From a virus, in the IMG/VR virus record IMGVR_UViG_3300028558_000016, positions 214,014-278,013 of that record: a stretch of DNA of 64,000 nucleotides. The stretch is one strand, 5' to 3'. The translations under genes and the position numbers were made by a program. Shown in pieces: positions 1 through 9,283 of the stretch (its first letter is position 1; every line of letters begins with the position of its first letter). A model generated the notes under the pieces. The model was not told the DNA's origin. It did no database searches and worked only from the letters and a program-made list of their open reading frames with translations.

Positions 1-81
1 ATAAGCGAAATAAAAGAGAATTTGAAAAAATTTCTGGACAGGGTCGAACTGCCGATACCAAAAGAACTCGAACAAGAATGA
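1..81 (+). CDS. 3' end of upstream gene (partial, open at window start)
   Basis: Frame 1 open from nt 1 to TGA at 79-81 (...KELEQE*); stop overlaps next start as ATGA. Confidence 0.35.
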   Translation: MSEIKENLKKFLDRVELPIPKELEQE

Positions 82-527
82 AAAAAGTAAATGACGGAAA
101 CTTAGAACTGTTGCATTCGGCCTTAACACATTTCGTTGGAGAACCGATAACTCAAATGAGCAAGTTCGCAGATGACAGTTTATTGTTTCAGACGCACAGC
201 GGAATTACTGGATTTGTAGAGCCAAACAATACTGGCAACATGGAAATATCGATAGGAGAAGACATTGTATATGAGATAGAAAAGAATTTATACGACCTTC
301 TCGAACTCGACAAAAAGGAAATAGGATTGATTGATTTTTACAACCATCTGAAAATGGTTGATTGGACAGAGTTCAAAACCAAATCAAAAGATTTTTTTGA
401 CATAGTAAAAATATCGACGGAAAACATTATTTTAAATTATAATCTTCCATTAGTTGGTGACACCACGATAAACTCAACACAGGTTCACTACACAAATGAC
501 CAGAAGATTAAGATCAATCTTAACTAA
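78..527 (+). CDS. hypothetical protein
   Basis: 149-aa ORF from track; TAA 525-527 immediately followed by ATG 529 of next gene. Confidence 0.5.
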   Translation: MKKVNDGNLELLHSALTHFVGEPITQMSKFADDSLLFQTHSGITGFVEPNNTGNMEISIGEDIVYEIEKNLYDLLELDKKEIGLIDFYNHLKMVDWTEFKTKSKDFFDIVKISTENIILNYNLPLVGDTTINSTQVHYTNDQKIKINLN

Positions 528-528
528 T

Positions 529-2514
529 ATGGCAGGAATTCAACATCTAACGGAAATATTCAAAAAGAAGGGGAAAGACTTCACTCAATCTCTATTTGAT
601 AAGTTTGTAACAATCAACGAGAAGCTTGATGCAAGTGCATTTGGCATTGAGAAGAATTCTTCTACCAAGAAGTTGGAATTCTTTAAAAGGAATACTGAGA
701 CGCCTATTTCATTAATAGACAGAACTCTAATGAAGCTTTACGAAAAGCCAATTCATTACTTCGAGGCGTTTGATCAAGAGGTTCTCGACAAGATACCTTC
801 GAGATGGAGATTTGGAATGGAATATTTTGCCAACGACCATCCACAAGAAATTTCTTACGACAGACTTCCAAAGAACGGTCTCGTGCTTTCTTACATTCAC
901 GTTAAAAATTCAAATGGCAAACTTGTTAGAACCATTCAGGATAAAACTGAACTTGACCAATGGGCTGACTTGTTAGGAATAGAAAGAAGTCCAATCATAT
1001 TTCAAGGAAACTTAAACGACGATCAGAAGATTCAGATAATGGATTTTCTCGATACTCCATTTGGAAAACTCGTAGACAAATTCAAGACTGACTCATTCGT
1101 AAAATTCATCATATCGGTTTTAAATCCAAAATTGAAGAAGACCACTCTTAACGATGATTTGAACAAGAACATCGAAGGAATTGTTTTCAGGTTTGGAGAC
1201 GAAGACGATAAGGAAGTAATTCTCGCAAAGATGGTTGACCCTGTGTTTGAGCTTGTTTCAAAGACCAAGGCTGAGACGAAGAACGATGATGAGCCAAACG
1301 ATATTTTCCAATTGACCGTCATTGACATGATGAATTTCATCGACAGTCTTAATTTCAAAAAGTTCCAACCTAAAGGAAAAGATCTCGAGTCAAGATATTT
1401 AAACTTCATTTCAAACGCGTTCAACGATTTCGTTGATAGGTTTGGTGACAAATACAAAGACCTTAACTTCAATGAACCTGAGTTCATGAAGAAAAAGAAT
1501 TTTGACATCAATCTTGATTTCATTAAGAATGATACAACAATCGATTTAATAAACGACAACGAGGCATATAAAAAGTTATTCAAGATATTCTTGGCAAGCT
1601 TCAGAAAGAAAAAGAAAAAGCCAAGCGGACTATTCACAACTGAAGTCATTAAACAATTTAATGGAACTGTAGACAAGATCCATGATCATCTTGCGCAAGG
1701 ACTTGCCGTTAGCGAATCTGAAATTCCAACATTTGGAGAATTCAGATTACAAAAAGGTGGATACATGGAAGATGCAGAGTCTGACGGAGGCGTGGACGAT
1801 TTTGTTGAGTTTGGTGGTAAAGTAATGGATGAAGACAAGGACGATCCAAATCCTCCACAAGAAAATCCAGAGCCAAAAGCAGCTGGAGATACTAAAGATG
1901 GAAAAGAAGAAAAGAAGAAAGAGATAATAAAAGAAAAGGGCGATAAGAAAGTAAACATCATTGTTGGAAGGTTTCAACCATTCCACAACGGTCATCTTTC
2001 CATGGCAAAAGATTTGTATGACGTTAACAAATGTCCTACTGTCATTGTCGTTGTTCACCCAGGCCACAACAAGAGCGGACAAAGTCCATTCACAATATCA
2101 ACCATTAAAACAATGATGAGCAACCTGTCAAAGGACAGCGATGGAATCATTAAGGATTATTGCATCATAGGAAGAGGTTTCATTTATGACGTGATAAACA
2201 AATTGAGAGAACTCAATTACGAACCTGTGTTATGGGGAGCTGGCGAAGACAGAATAAACGATTACAAGAAACAGCTCGAACTTAATTTCAAGAGAGACAA
2301 TGAACTTAAGCTTGGAGATAATTTCCAGCTCGTCAAGACCGATAGATATGGAACTGGTACAGAAGTAAGAAAAGCTATATCAGACGATAAGTTCGGTGAG
2401 TTCAAAGCACTCGTTCCTAAAACAGTTCAAGGAGTTTATACACTTCTCAGAAACGACATCGAGAATGCTAAGAGAGAAGCAGAAGAAGCAAAACAATTGA
2501 AGGCAACCCAGTAA
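529..2514 (+). CDS. two-domain nucleotidyltransferase: N-terminal Rnl2-like ligase/adenylyltransferase-like domain + C-terminal NMN/NaMN adenylyltransferase-like (HxGH) domain
   Basis: Start moved to ATG 529 (MAGIQHL), directly after upstream stop. N-domain has KLDA (motif I-like, K~32), EGIVFR (motif IV-like) and LAKMV (motif V-like) with Rnl2-like spacing. K/E/D-rich linker. C-domain has IIVGRFQPFHNGH, a textbook NadM/NMNAT HxGH motif. Confidence 0.6.
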   Translation: MAGIQHLTEIFKKKGKDFTQSLFDKFVTINEKLDASAFGIEKNSSTKKLEFFKRNTETPISLIDRTLMKLYEKPIHYFEAFDQEVLDKIPSRWRFGMEYFANDHPQEISYDRLPKNGLVLSYIHVKNSNGKLVRTIQDKTELDQWADLLGIERSPIIFQGNLNDDQKIQIMDFLDTPFGKLVDKFKTDSFVKFIISVLNPKLKKTTLNDDLNKNIEGIVFRFGDEDDKEVILAKMVDPVFELVSKTKAETKNDDEPNDIFQLTVIDMMNFIDSLNFKKFQPKGKDLESRYLNFISNAFNDFVDRFGDKYKDLNFNEPEFMKKKNFDINLDFIKNDTTIDLINDNEAYKKLFKIFLASFRKKKKKPSGLFTTEVIKQFNGTVDKIHDHLAQGLAVSESEIPTFGEFRLQKGGYMEDAESDGGVDDFVEFGGKVMDEDKDDPNPPQENPEPKAAGDTKDGKEEKKKEIIKEKGDKKVNIIVGRFQPFHNGHLSMAKDLYDVNKCPTVIVVVHPGHNKSGQSPFTISTIKTMMSNLSKDSDGIIKDYCIIGRGFIYDVINKLRELNYEPVLWGAGEDRINDYKKQLELNFKRDNELKLGDNFQLVKTDRYGTGTEVRKAISDDKFGEFKALVPKTVQGVYTLLRNDIENAKREAEEAKQLKATQ

Positions 2515-2522
2515 AATTTATT

Positions 2523-3575
2523 TTGATGATAAAGCCGACAAAAGAAGAAATAATAGAACTTCTTAATAAGTCCTCTTTAGATGACATGACGCTCGAAGCG
2601 GTACACAACCTTATCAAGGTTGATCCTTTGAACATCCGTTACGTCTCGGACTATTTACAAAAACTCGAATTCATAGAACACTTGAAGCTATCACACGATC
2701 TGTGCATGATGGATCATAGTGGGGTCCTTGATAGAATCATAGACAAAACAATAGTAGAGAAAGACTTTCCAAGAGAGAAGAGATTCAACCTCATAGACCT
2801 CTGCAACTCAAAAGGAATATTGGTTGACGTTGGACTGTTTAAATACCTTCTTGATTTCAAACCCGAATCACACATTATAATTGGAAAAGGAGAAACTCTT
2901 ATGAGAATTCTCATGAAGGGAGTTCCTACATTAAATGGAGACCTCGGAGCATCAGGAAAGAAATTTGAGATCAAATACAACAAATCTCGATTAAGAGGAC
3001 AGACTGGGTTTGATGCAACAGATGCAACCCAGGTGGCAAAAGCTCTTGACGACTATTTCATACACGAATGCAAGGCAATAAAATTTGATCCCACTTCATT
3101 GATAGGAACTGACAGAGGCAGATGGAATTTCGTTTCAGGTAAAAGAATAAAACCTTACCTTCTCAGTGAGATAGTAAAGCAATCCGGAATGAACCACCTT
3201 TATGCCTGCAAGATATTCGTTCAGGCCTTCAGAAAATTCTTTACCAAGATGACAGAGGATGAAGCATTGAACCTCGCGTTGTCTCTGTCAAACGAATTCA
3301 ATCCAGATGGTTCCATCAAAGAACGATTCGGATACTCAGATTTCATCTACAAGATGTGTGCCTATTCAATGAAATATTATGCACAGGTTGAAGATTTTGA
3401 TGGAATGCTTATCCTGAATGACAAATTCGATTGCATGTATATCACCAGGGAATTCATAGACACCAGTTCATTGGAAGTTCTATGCCGTTTCATCAGACAC
3501 AACCTGGAAATAACCACTCCCAACCTCGGTTCAAAGGCAGGTCCGCAAGGTTCTTCTTTTGGTATATCCCTGTAA
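2523..3575 (+). CDS. hypothetical protein
   Basis: 350-aa ORF, no recognisable motif. Confidence 0.55.
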   Translation: MMIKPTKEEIIELLNKSSLDDMTLEAVHNLIKVDPLNIRYVSDYLQKLEFIEHLKLSHDLCMMDHSGVLDRIIDKTIVEKDFPREKRFNLIDLCNSKGILVDVGLFKYLLDFKPESHIIIGKGETLMRILMKGVPTLNGDLGASGKKFEIKYNKSRLRGQTGFDATDATQVAKALDDYFIHECKAIKFDPTSLIGTDRGRWNFVSGKRIKPYLLSEIVKQSGMNHLYACKIFVQAFRKFFTKMTEDEALNLALSLSNEFNPDGSIKERFGYSDFIYKMCAYSMKYYAQVEDFDGMLILNDKFDCMYITREFIDTSSLEVLCRFIRHNLEITTPNLGSKAGPQGSSFGISL

Positions 3576-3611
3576 GAAAGAGATATATACAAAAAGAATT
3601 CTCAACAACAC

Positions 3612-3845
3612 ATGGGACTCAAGAAATTTGAAGACTTCGAGCATCATCTCGCAGAAGAAGACAAGAATACATTGGCAAACGACCATGCCAATGCAAAGAA
3701 GGAACTATTGGATTCCTTTGATAAGCATGGAAAAAAATTTTATACCAAGAATCATTTAGTAGATGATAAAGGTGGAGACTTAATTGCCATCGCAACAGGC
3801 GGTGAAAAATCAGTCATCGTTAAAGTAATAGGATACGAAGTATAA
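3612..3845 (+). CDS. small protein with CTS-like N-terminus (MGLKKFEDFEHHLAEE)
   Basis: 77-aa ORF; N-terminal K-K-F-E-D-F...L-A-E matches the recurring motif family; TAATG overlap with next gene. Confidence 0.5.
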   Translation: MGLKKFEDFEHHLAEEDKNTLANDHANAKKELLDSFDKHGKKFYTKNHLVDDKGGDLIAIATGGEKSVIVKVIGYEV

Positions 3846-5761
3846 TGACTCATAGAAGCTTCATAAGTAAATCAGCAGCCTGGGATTTTATTCAATCCCA
3901 AATGAAGGCGGTCAATGAAAATTCGACCGAAGGCAAAACCATTATATGGAACAACGGATTGGACGAAAAGTCTTTATTGGACATCGTTGAGTCTGGAGCA
4001 TTAAAAAAGATATTTGAACAGGAAGAAACAGTCGCAAGACAGTTTGTTATTTTGATGGGAGGACCGTCAACTGGAAAAGGTTATTTGACCTGGTGCAAGT
4101 TCGGAGAACAATTTGGTCTTGTTAATGGAAAAATGATGAAGGATTGGCTTGACATAGATGAATTCAGCATGAAGGATATTCACGAAGGAGATTCTATATT
4201 GAGAGAGATCCAAAGAGGAATAGCAATCATAACGTTTAATAGGTTATACAATGCTTCTCTTGCAGCAGGCAAGAAAGGATTTAACGCAGCAATCAAGGAG
4301 ATATTTTATACCACAAAAGACGGAAACACAAACAAGCTTTCCGATCATATAACATATCACGATTTCATGTCATACATCGCTCAGGCGCATGACCTTGGAG
4401 CAGAAGCTTCAAAATTGGCACATGAAATAAGAATAAACAAAGGAGAACTCAGAAAGATCAACAGCGATGTTGATGCTGAAGAAGAAGGAAAATCTCCAGA
4501 TAAAGAAAAGGTAACAGATTTAAAAGCTAAGGCAAAGGAATTAAGATCTACTTTAAAAGACCAAAGAGGAGATTTAAAGAAGGTTGTTGGAGATCTTTAT
4601 GTTGAGTCCATGCGAGACGAAGACGTATTGAGATATGATGATTTTTTAAATGAACAAGTTAAAAAAGAACTTCCAATAAAACAATTGAAGAGCATTCTCG
4701 GTCAAACGAGATCTGCTGAGCCTAAAAGCGAAGAAGCATTTGACGAATTCTTTGAGGCAACTATGTCTCAATTCTGGAAGAGCATGAGAGGTTGGAAAAA
4801 TGACGGTGCTCATGGTATAGAAAGATTCAAGGATGCAGCAAGAAAAGAATTCGAGAAAGAAATTAAAGAGAAACCAGAAACGGTTAAATCCATTCTTGGT
4901 GGAAACATCATTGTCGTTGACTCACCTGGAGAGGACGTTGCAAAGCAACCTTACGTTGGTGAATGCGAAGAAGCAGAAAAAGCTGGATTCGTTACTAACA
5001 TTATAAATCTTGAACCAAGAATTGGAGGAAGCGCATTATCATTGATGAGACTTTCCAACTTCACAAGAAATGTAGATGATGGTGATAGAATGGTTGACGA
5101 CAGCGACATCACAGGTTACACTGAAAACGTTGATGAAGCAATTCATCACATACACGCACATAAATTTCCAAGAGGTCCGGTTCATAGATATTTTCATCTC
5201 GTAAAAGATGTAGAGGATAAAGAAGCCATCACCAAGATAGTTGGTGCATTATACGGAGCTAAGAAAAACAAGGATCAATTCATATATCCAACAGGTGTAT
5301 ATGGAGAAAATACATCAACTCCAAAAGATGGAGTAAGCTTCAGAGAATTAAATTCTGCCATAGACAAAGCAAAAATCAATATATCATTGGCTACCGCTTT
5401 AAAAAACCTTCCAACATTAAAGGAATGGTGGAGCACTCACGTAAGAAAATTAATATTTGGAATAAACCCTGTCGTTCTTTATGGAATTAAAGAAGGAGAA
5501 AACGGTTCATTCAATTTTGATTTGTCAAGCAAAGAAATTCTTGTTGGCGTCAATGCAAGATTGGCTAAGACAGACGATGAAACCGAAGAGGTGACTCATG
5601 ATGACTACAATAAGATGGTTCAATCCGTTGACAAATGGACTAAGGAATATGATGAGTGGACAGACAAGGATACTTGGAACGCATTGAAGCCGGTGGTAAA
5701 CATCAAGGAATCTTCCAGAGTGCTTGGTTATAATGAATATATAAAAAAATTAAACGACTGA
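3845..5761 (+). CDS. P-loop NTPase (NMP-kinase-like Walker A), function unknown
   Basis: 638 aa; Walker A FVILMGGPSTGKGYL near the N-terminus; rest coiled-coil/charged. Confidence 0.6.
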   Translation: MTHRSFISKSAAWDFIQSQMKAVNENSTEGKTIIWNNGLDEKSLLDIVESGALKKIFEQEETVARQFVILMGGPSTGKGYLTWCKFGEQFGLVNGKMMKDWLDIDEFSMKDIHEGDSILREIQRGIAIITFNRLYNASLAAGKKGFNAAIKEIFYTTKDGNTNKLSDHITYHDFMSYIAQAHDLGAEASKLAHEIRINKGELRKINSDVDAEEEGKSPDKEKVTDLKAKAKELRSTLKDQRGDLKKVVGDLYVESMRDEDVLRYDDFLNEQVKKELPIKQLKSILGQTRSAEPKSEEAFDEFFEATMSQFWKSMRGWKNDGAHGIERFKDAARKEFEKEIKEKPETVKSILGGNIIVVDSPGEDVAKQPYVGECEEAEKAGFVTNIINLEPRIGGSALSLMRLSNFTRNVDDGDRMVDDSDITGYTENVDEAIHHIHAHKFPRGPVHRYFHLVKDVEDKEAITKIVGALYGAKKNKDQFIYPTGVYGENTSTPKDGVSFRELNSAIDKAKINISLATALKNLPTLKEWWSTHVRKLIFGINPVVLYGIKEGENGSFNFDLSSKEILVGVNARLAKTDDETEEVTHDDYNKMVQSVDKWTKEYDEWTDKDTWNALKPVVNIKESSRVLGYNEYIKKLND

Positions 5762-5763
5762 AG

Positions 5764-6348
5764 ATGGAATTCAACGAGAACAACATAAATGAAGCAAAGA
5801 ACTTCTTAAGAGAGAAAGCATCTGGAAAGGTGTTAAACTTCAACGACTTCATATTTGAAGCAGAAGAGAACGGATATGGCCAACAGGCATTCTTCTTTGC
5901 GGTTAATGGCGACACAGCTAATTATTTCTTTAAGATCAAAGATGGTCAAGAAACACATGCTTTGGTTGTATCCATTGGAAAGTTTGCAAAAACAATTCAG
6001 CCAACAGAACAAAAGACTGACTTCGGAGTTTTAGGAATAACAACTCTAAGTGAAGACGATCTTGACCAAGCTGTAGTTGACAAAGGAAAATTCACAACAA
6101 ACGAAGAGATCATTACAGCAAATGAGTCGTTCACAGGAAAATTCCTTGAGCACTTAGCTCTTATAATAGACGATTACCTTCAGAAGAATCCTAAGGTGAC
6201 TAAGTTTTATGACGAAATGCAAATGTGCTTTCAAGCACCTGATTACGATAACAAATTCTCTGTGTCATTAGCAAAATGGCCTGGCGGTAATGAAGCATGG
6301 AAATTACAAACCATGGAGAAGGGTAAATTAAACATCATCACCAAGTAA
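5764..6348 (+). CDS. hypothetical protein
   Basis: 194-aa ORF. Confidence 0.5.
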   Translation: MEFNENNINEAKNFLREKASGKVLNFNDFIFEAEENGYGQQAFFFAVNGDTANYFFKIKDGQETHALVVSIGKFAKTIQPTEQKTDFGVLGITTLSEDDLDQAVVDKGKFTTNEEIITANESFTGKFLEHLALIIDDYLQKNPKVTKFYDEMQMCFQAPDYDNKFSVSLAKWPGGNEAWKLQTMEKGKLNIITK

Positions 6349-6536
6349 TGAAGCATATCAAATTATTTGAGGAATTCAAAATAGACGAAGCTGAAACAGG
6401 AGCTTATCCTGCTCCTAAGTTTGCAAGAAAGCCTGCAGCCGGTGATTCTGGTTATAATTATGTTGCAAAACAATTTGGTGCAACTCCAGCTCCTAAGAAG
6501 AAAAAGAAGAATTCAAGGACTGAAGAGTCTAAATAA
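6348..6536 (+). CDS. small CTS-motif protein (MKHIKLFEEFKIDEAE), paralog of next gene
   Basis: Shares EAETGAYPAPKF..P.GD.GY with the downstream ORF; K-rich tail. Confidence 0.5.
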   Translation: MKHIKLFEEFKIDEAETGAYPAPKFARKPAAGDSGYNYVAKQFGATPAPKKKKKNSRTEESK

Positions 6537-6958
6537 TGGAACACTTAAAAGATTTTAATATTTTTGAAGCAGAGACGTCAAGTTATGATACTCCTAAATT
6601 CATAGTCAAACCTTATCCAGGCGATAAAGGTTATGAATTGACAAGAAAGAAATATCACAGATTTCTGTGGGTTCTTCCTCAACTTGGAAAAGGTGTTATC
6701 GATAAAGGAGAAAATCCTCCAGTAACTGAAGCTGCTTATGATGATACAATAGATAGAGACTCATTCAATCCAGCTGAGATCTCAGGTATGGGAAGAGCAC
6801 AGGAATTTCCAGGAGGCAAAACTCCAGGATACACTAAAGATACTGGGACTGATTATTTGCCAAGTGACAAATACGAAGATCCCGACGAGAAGAAGGCCAA
6901 AAAGTTAAAGAAGATAAAAGACTTTGAGGACTTTATAAATGGAGAAGAAACAAAATAA
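6536..6958 (+). CDS. CTS-motif protein (MEHLKDFNIFEAE...), motif repeated at C-terminus (KIKDFEDFINGEE)
   Basis: 140 aa; paralogous N-terminal region to 6348..6536. Confidence 0.5.
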   Translation: MEHLKDFNIFEAETSSYDTPKFIVKPYPGDKGYELTRKKYHRFLWVLPQLGKGVIDKGENPPVTEAAYDDTIDRDSFNPAEISGMGRAQEFPGGKTPGYTKDTGTDYLPSDKYEDPDEKKAKKLKKIKDFEDFINGEETK

Positions 6959-6970
6959 AAAACATAAACA

Positions 6971-7366
6971 ATGATTTACGTAATCGGTTTAATAGTTGTA
7001 GCGGCAATAGCATTCGTATTATGGAAAAGCCATAAGACTGTAATGTGCAAATGCGATAAATGCACAGATGAAAATTGCAAATGCGACGAGAACAAATGCG
7101 ACGATAATTGCAAATGTCATGATGTTGCTGAAGCTCCAGTTCCATATTTGAATGGTCACAGCAAGAAAATAACAGCTGATCCTGCTGACGAACCAACTGA
7201 TTCTTGTGATACAGCAGGTCACGAACCTTGCGACACTTGTACAGATGATGAACCTAAAGCAGCTGAAGCTCCTAAGGAAGAACCTAAAAAGGAAGAACCA
7301 AAGAAGGAACAGCCTAAAAAGAAACCAGCACCAAAGCCTAAGAAAAAAGGTAAAGGTAAAAAGTAA
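6971..7366 (+). CDS. membrane-anchored Cys-rich, Lys-rich protein
   Basis: N-terminal TM helix (IYVIGLIVVAAIAFVLW), CKCDKCTDENCKCDENKCDDNCKCH cysteine cluster, PKKEEPKK tail. Confidence 0.5.
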   Translation: MIYVIGLIVVAAIAFVLWKSHKTVMCKCDKCTDENCKCDENKCDDNCKCHDVAEAPVPYLNGHSKKITADPADEPTDSCDTAGHEPCDTCTDDEPKAAEAPKEEPKKEEPKKEQPKKKPAPKPKKKGKGKK

Positions 7367-7803
7367 TGCTGATTTCCATTGTATATCTGCTTTGGATTCT
7401 ATTTGCAATCTATGAAGGAAAAAGAGAAGCATTCTATTTTTCTTGCAAGATTAAAGCTCCACAGCAACAGGCATACAAAATAGACGAGCACGTCATGTTC
7501 ACTATACAGAGGACTTTTATTGCCTCAATGGCAATTTTAGCTTGTCGAGTGGATTGGTTGAATTCTGTTTTAGTATTGTTTTCGTTTGGATTATGTTTTC
7601 CATTTTTTCACGATGGGATGTATTACTTGACGAGACATAAGCTTGATGGAATATACGTAAAGGGTTGGTTTGATCAAAGCACAACATCGTCAGCTAAGTC
7701 TGACAAATTACATTTATTTGATCCAATACCAAGAACATTAATTTTTGGTTTGTCTTTAGGATTAATTATTTATGAAATAATAAAATTTTGGAAATGGGCA
7801 TAA
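7366..7803 (+). CDS. integral membrane protein
   Basis: Multiple hydrophobic helices. Confidence 0.45.
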   Translation: MLISIVYLLWILFAIYEGKREAFYFSCKIKAPQQQAYKIDEHVMFTIQRTFIASMAILACRVDWLNSVLVLFSFGLCFPFFHDGMYYLTRHKLDGIYVKGWFDQSTTSSAKSDKLHLFDPIPRTLIFGLSLGLIIYEIIKFWKWA

Positions 7804-8222
7804 AGAGATACAGCGATTTCGTTAACGTCAACGAAAAAGTCGAACAATACGATTTTGAATTCCACACAGTAGTGGTTGCAAAGAACATTGATTTCGATAA
7901 TGAGCCTGTGGACAATTCTAAGGAACAATACATTGAAAAAGGAGATTTAACCATCCATTGGATAATGGATTTCGATAATAGAAAATACGGAATCAATAGT
8001 ATGGCGCCTGTGATCAAAAAGATCTCAGGATTTTATACTTTGGTCACTCCACAAGAACAAGGCAGAGATATTGAAGATGAAGTGGAAATTCTAATGGATG
8101 AAAAATCTGATTGGAAATTCGAGAATGATTTTCAAAGCGAATTCAAATTCGGTTACTCAATTGTTCCAGGAAGCATAGAGATAGATTTCAAAGACAAGAC
8201 AATCAAAATACTTTATTATTGA
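7794..8222 (+). CDS. CTS-motif protein (MGIKRYSDFVNVNE)
   Basis: Track ORF 7788; likely start at second Met, giving MGIKRYSDF motif. Confidence 0.45.
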   Translation: MGIKRYSDFVNVNEKVEQYDFEFHTVVVAKNIDFDNEPVDNSKEQYIEKGDLTIHWIMDFDNRKYGINSMAPVIKKISGFYTLVTPQEQGRDIEDEVEILMDEKSDWKFENDFQSEFKFGYSIVPGSIEIDFKDKTIKILYY

Positions 8223-9223
8223 AGCATTTCCATTGCAAGTCTCGCACCAGGTATGTGAGATGTCATTGCCATGAATGCGTACAGTGCTAAAGCAAGAGTA
8301 AAGTATTGCAACACTGCCAATAATATTTGACGCAAAGTCATTATTGGTTTTTCCACCGGCTTTTCCGGTTTCCTTAAATTCGTTTTTGTTTCAGTTAGAT
8401 ATTTTGCTAATTCAGCAGGAATTGGAACATTTTTATCCGTATAATCTTTTTCTATCGATGCAATGTGATTCAATATTGAATAGTATTCGTTATTGAGTAT
8501 CTCATCATATTTGTTTTTTCTCTTCAACAGCCAAAATTCGAGCAACAATTCTATGGTTGATAGAATGACAACGAGAATAAAAATCCAAATGTGCGCATAC
8601 ACTGCGAGAAATATTGCACCCACAATTCCGAGGCACATGAAGATCAATCCAACCCAAGAGTGAATAGAGAATGCAATTGATTTCATTATACGACCACCAT
8701 CAAGAGGATTTATTGGAAGAAGGTTAAAAAGATTTATCATTGCCATCCAGCTTGCTCCAGCAGCATACATTGGATTTTCCGTGACATAGAATATAATCAT
8801 CATTCCAAGCGCACAGGCAAATCCAAACACAGGTCCCATTATGGCAACAAACACTTCGTCATTCCTTGTTTTAAAGTCTTCTGACGCAACAGCCGCTCCA
8901 CCCACAAATGGAATGAAATAGATTCCCTTGGTTTTTATGCCAACACGTTTCATGGCCCAAATATGACCATACTCATGGATTAAAAGTTGTACCATTAATA
9001 TAAGAGAGAACTTCCATGAATACATGTAACTGTATGCGGCAAAAGATATTCCAGCCAATGCAAGCTTGGTCATCTTTGCTGATATTGAAGTCACCTTTGT
9101 TATTACTTTAAGAGATAAGATAGCGATATTCGTCATCTTACTACCAAACGATTTTGGTTTTTCTGTTGTCATTTCTGCCATGCTACAAATATACTTAAAA
9201 CTTTTAATATCTAACGAATACAA
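8216..9223 (-). CDS. M50 family (site-2 protease-like) zinc metalloprotease, membrane
   Basis: HEYGH (HExxH) in a TM helix plus NLLPINPLDGG (LDG motif); multiple TM segments; one of only three minus-strand genes. Confidence 0.75.
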   Translation of the reverse strand: MYSLDIKSFKYICSMAEMTTEKPKSFGSKMTNIAILSLKVITKVTSISAKMTKLALAGISFAAYSYMYSWKFSLILMVQLLIHEYGHIWAMKRVGIKTKGIYFIPFVGGAAVASEDFKTRNDEVFVAIMGPVFGFACALGMMIIFYVTENPMYAAGASWMAMINLFNLLPINPLDGGRIMKSIAFSIHSWVGLIFMCLGIVGAIFLAVYAHIWIFILVVILSTIELLLEFWLLKRKNKYDEILNNEYYSILNHIASIEKDYTDKNVPIPAELAKYLTETKTNLRKPEKPVEKPIMTLRQILLAVLQYFTLALALYAFMAMTSHIPGARLAMEMLQ

Positions 9224-9283
9224 CTATTGAGAATTTTTGTAGATTTGTTTGAGTATATAGATACTGATAGTTCTTTGATTTAT

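Noticed and set aside
1032-2082. Minus-strand ORFs 1032..1676, 1686..1961, 1747..2082 inside the 529..2514 gene
   Set aside because: They are fully embedded antisense to a long motif-bearing + gene. Translations are F/S/L-rich, typical of antisense of K/E-rich coding sequence. No independent support.
770-7432. Small overlapping ORFs (770..976, 2714..2983, 3377..3631, 3559..3759, 5703..5915, 6933..7196, 7019..7432, 7206..7415)
   Set aside because: All lie within or antisense to longer, better-supported genes. Compositionally aberrant.
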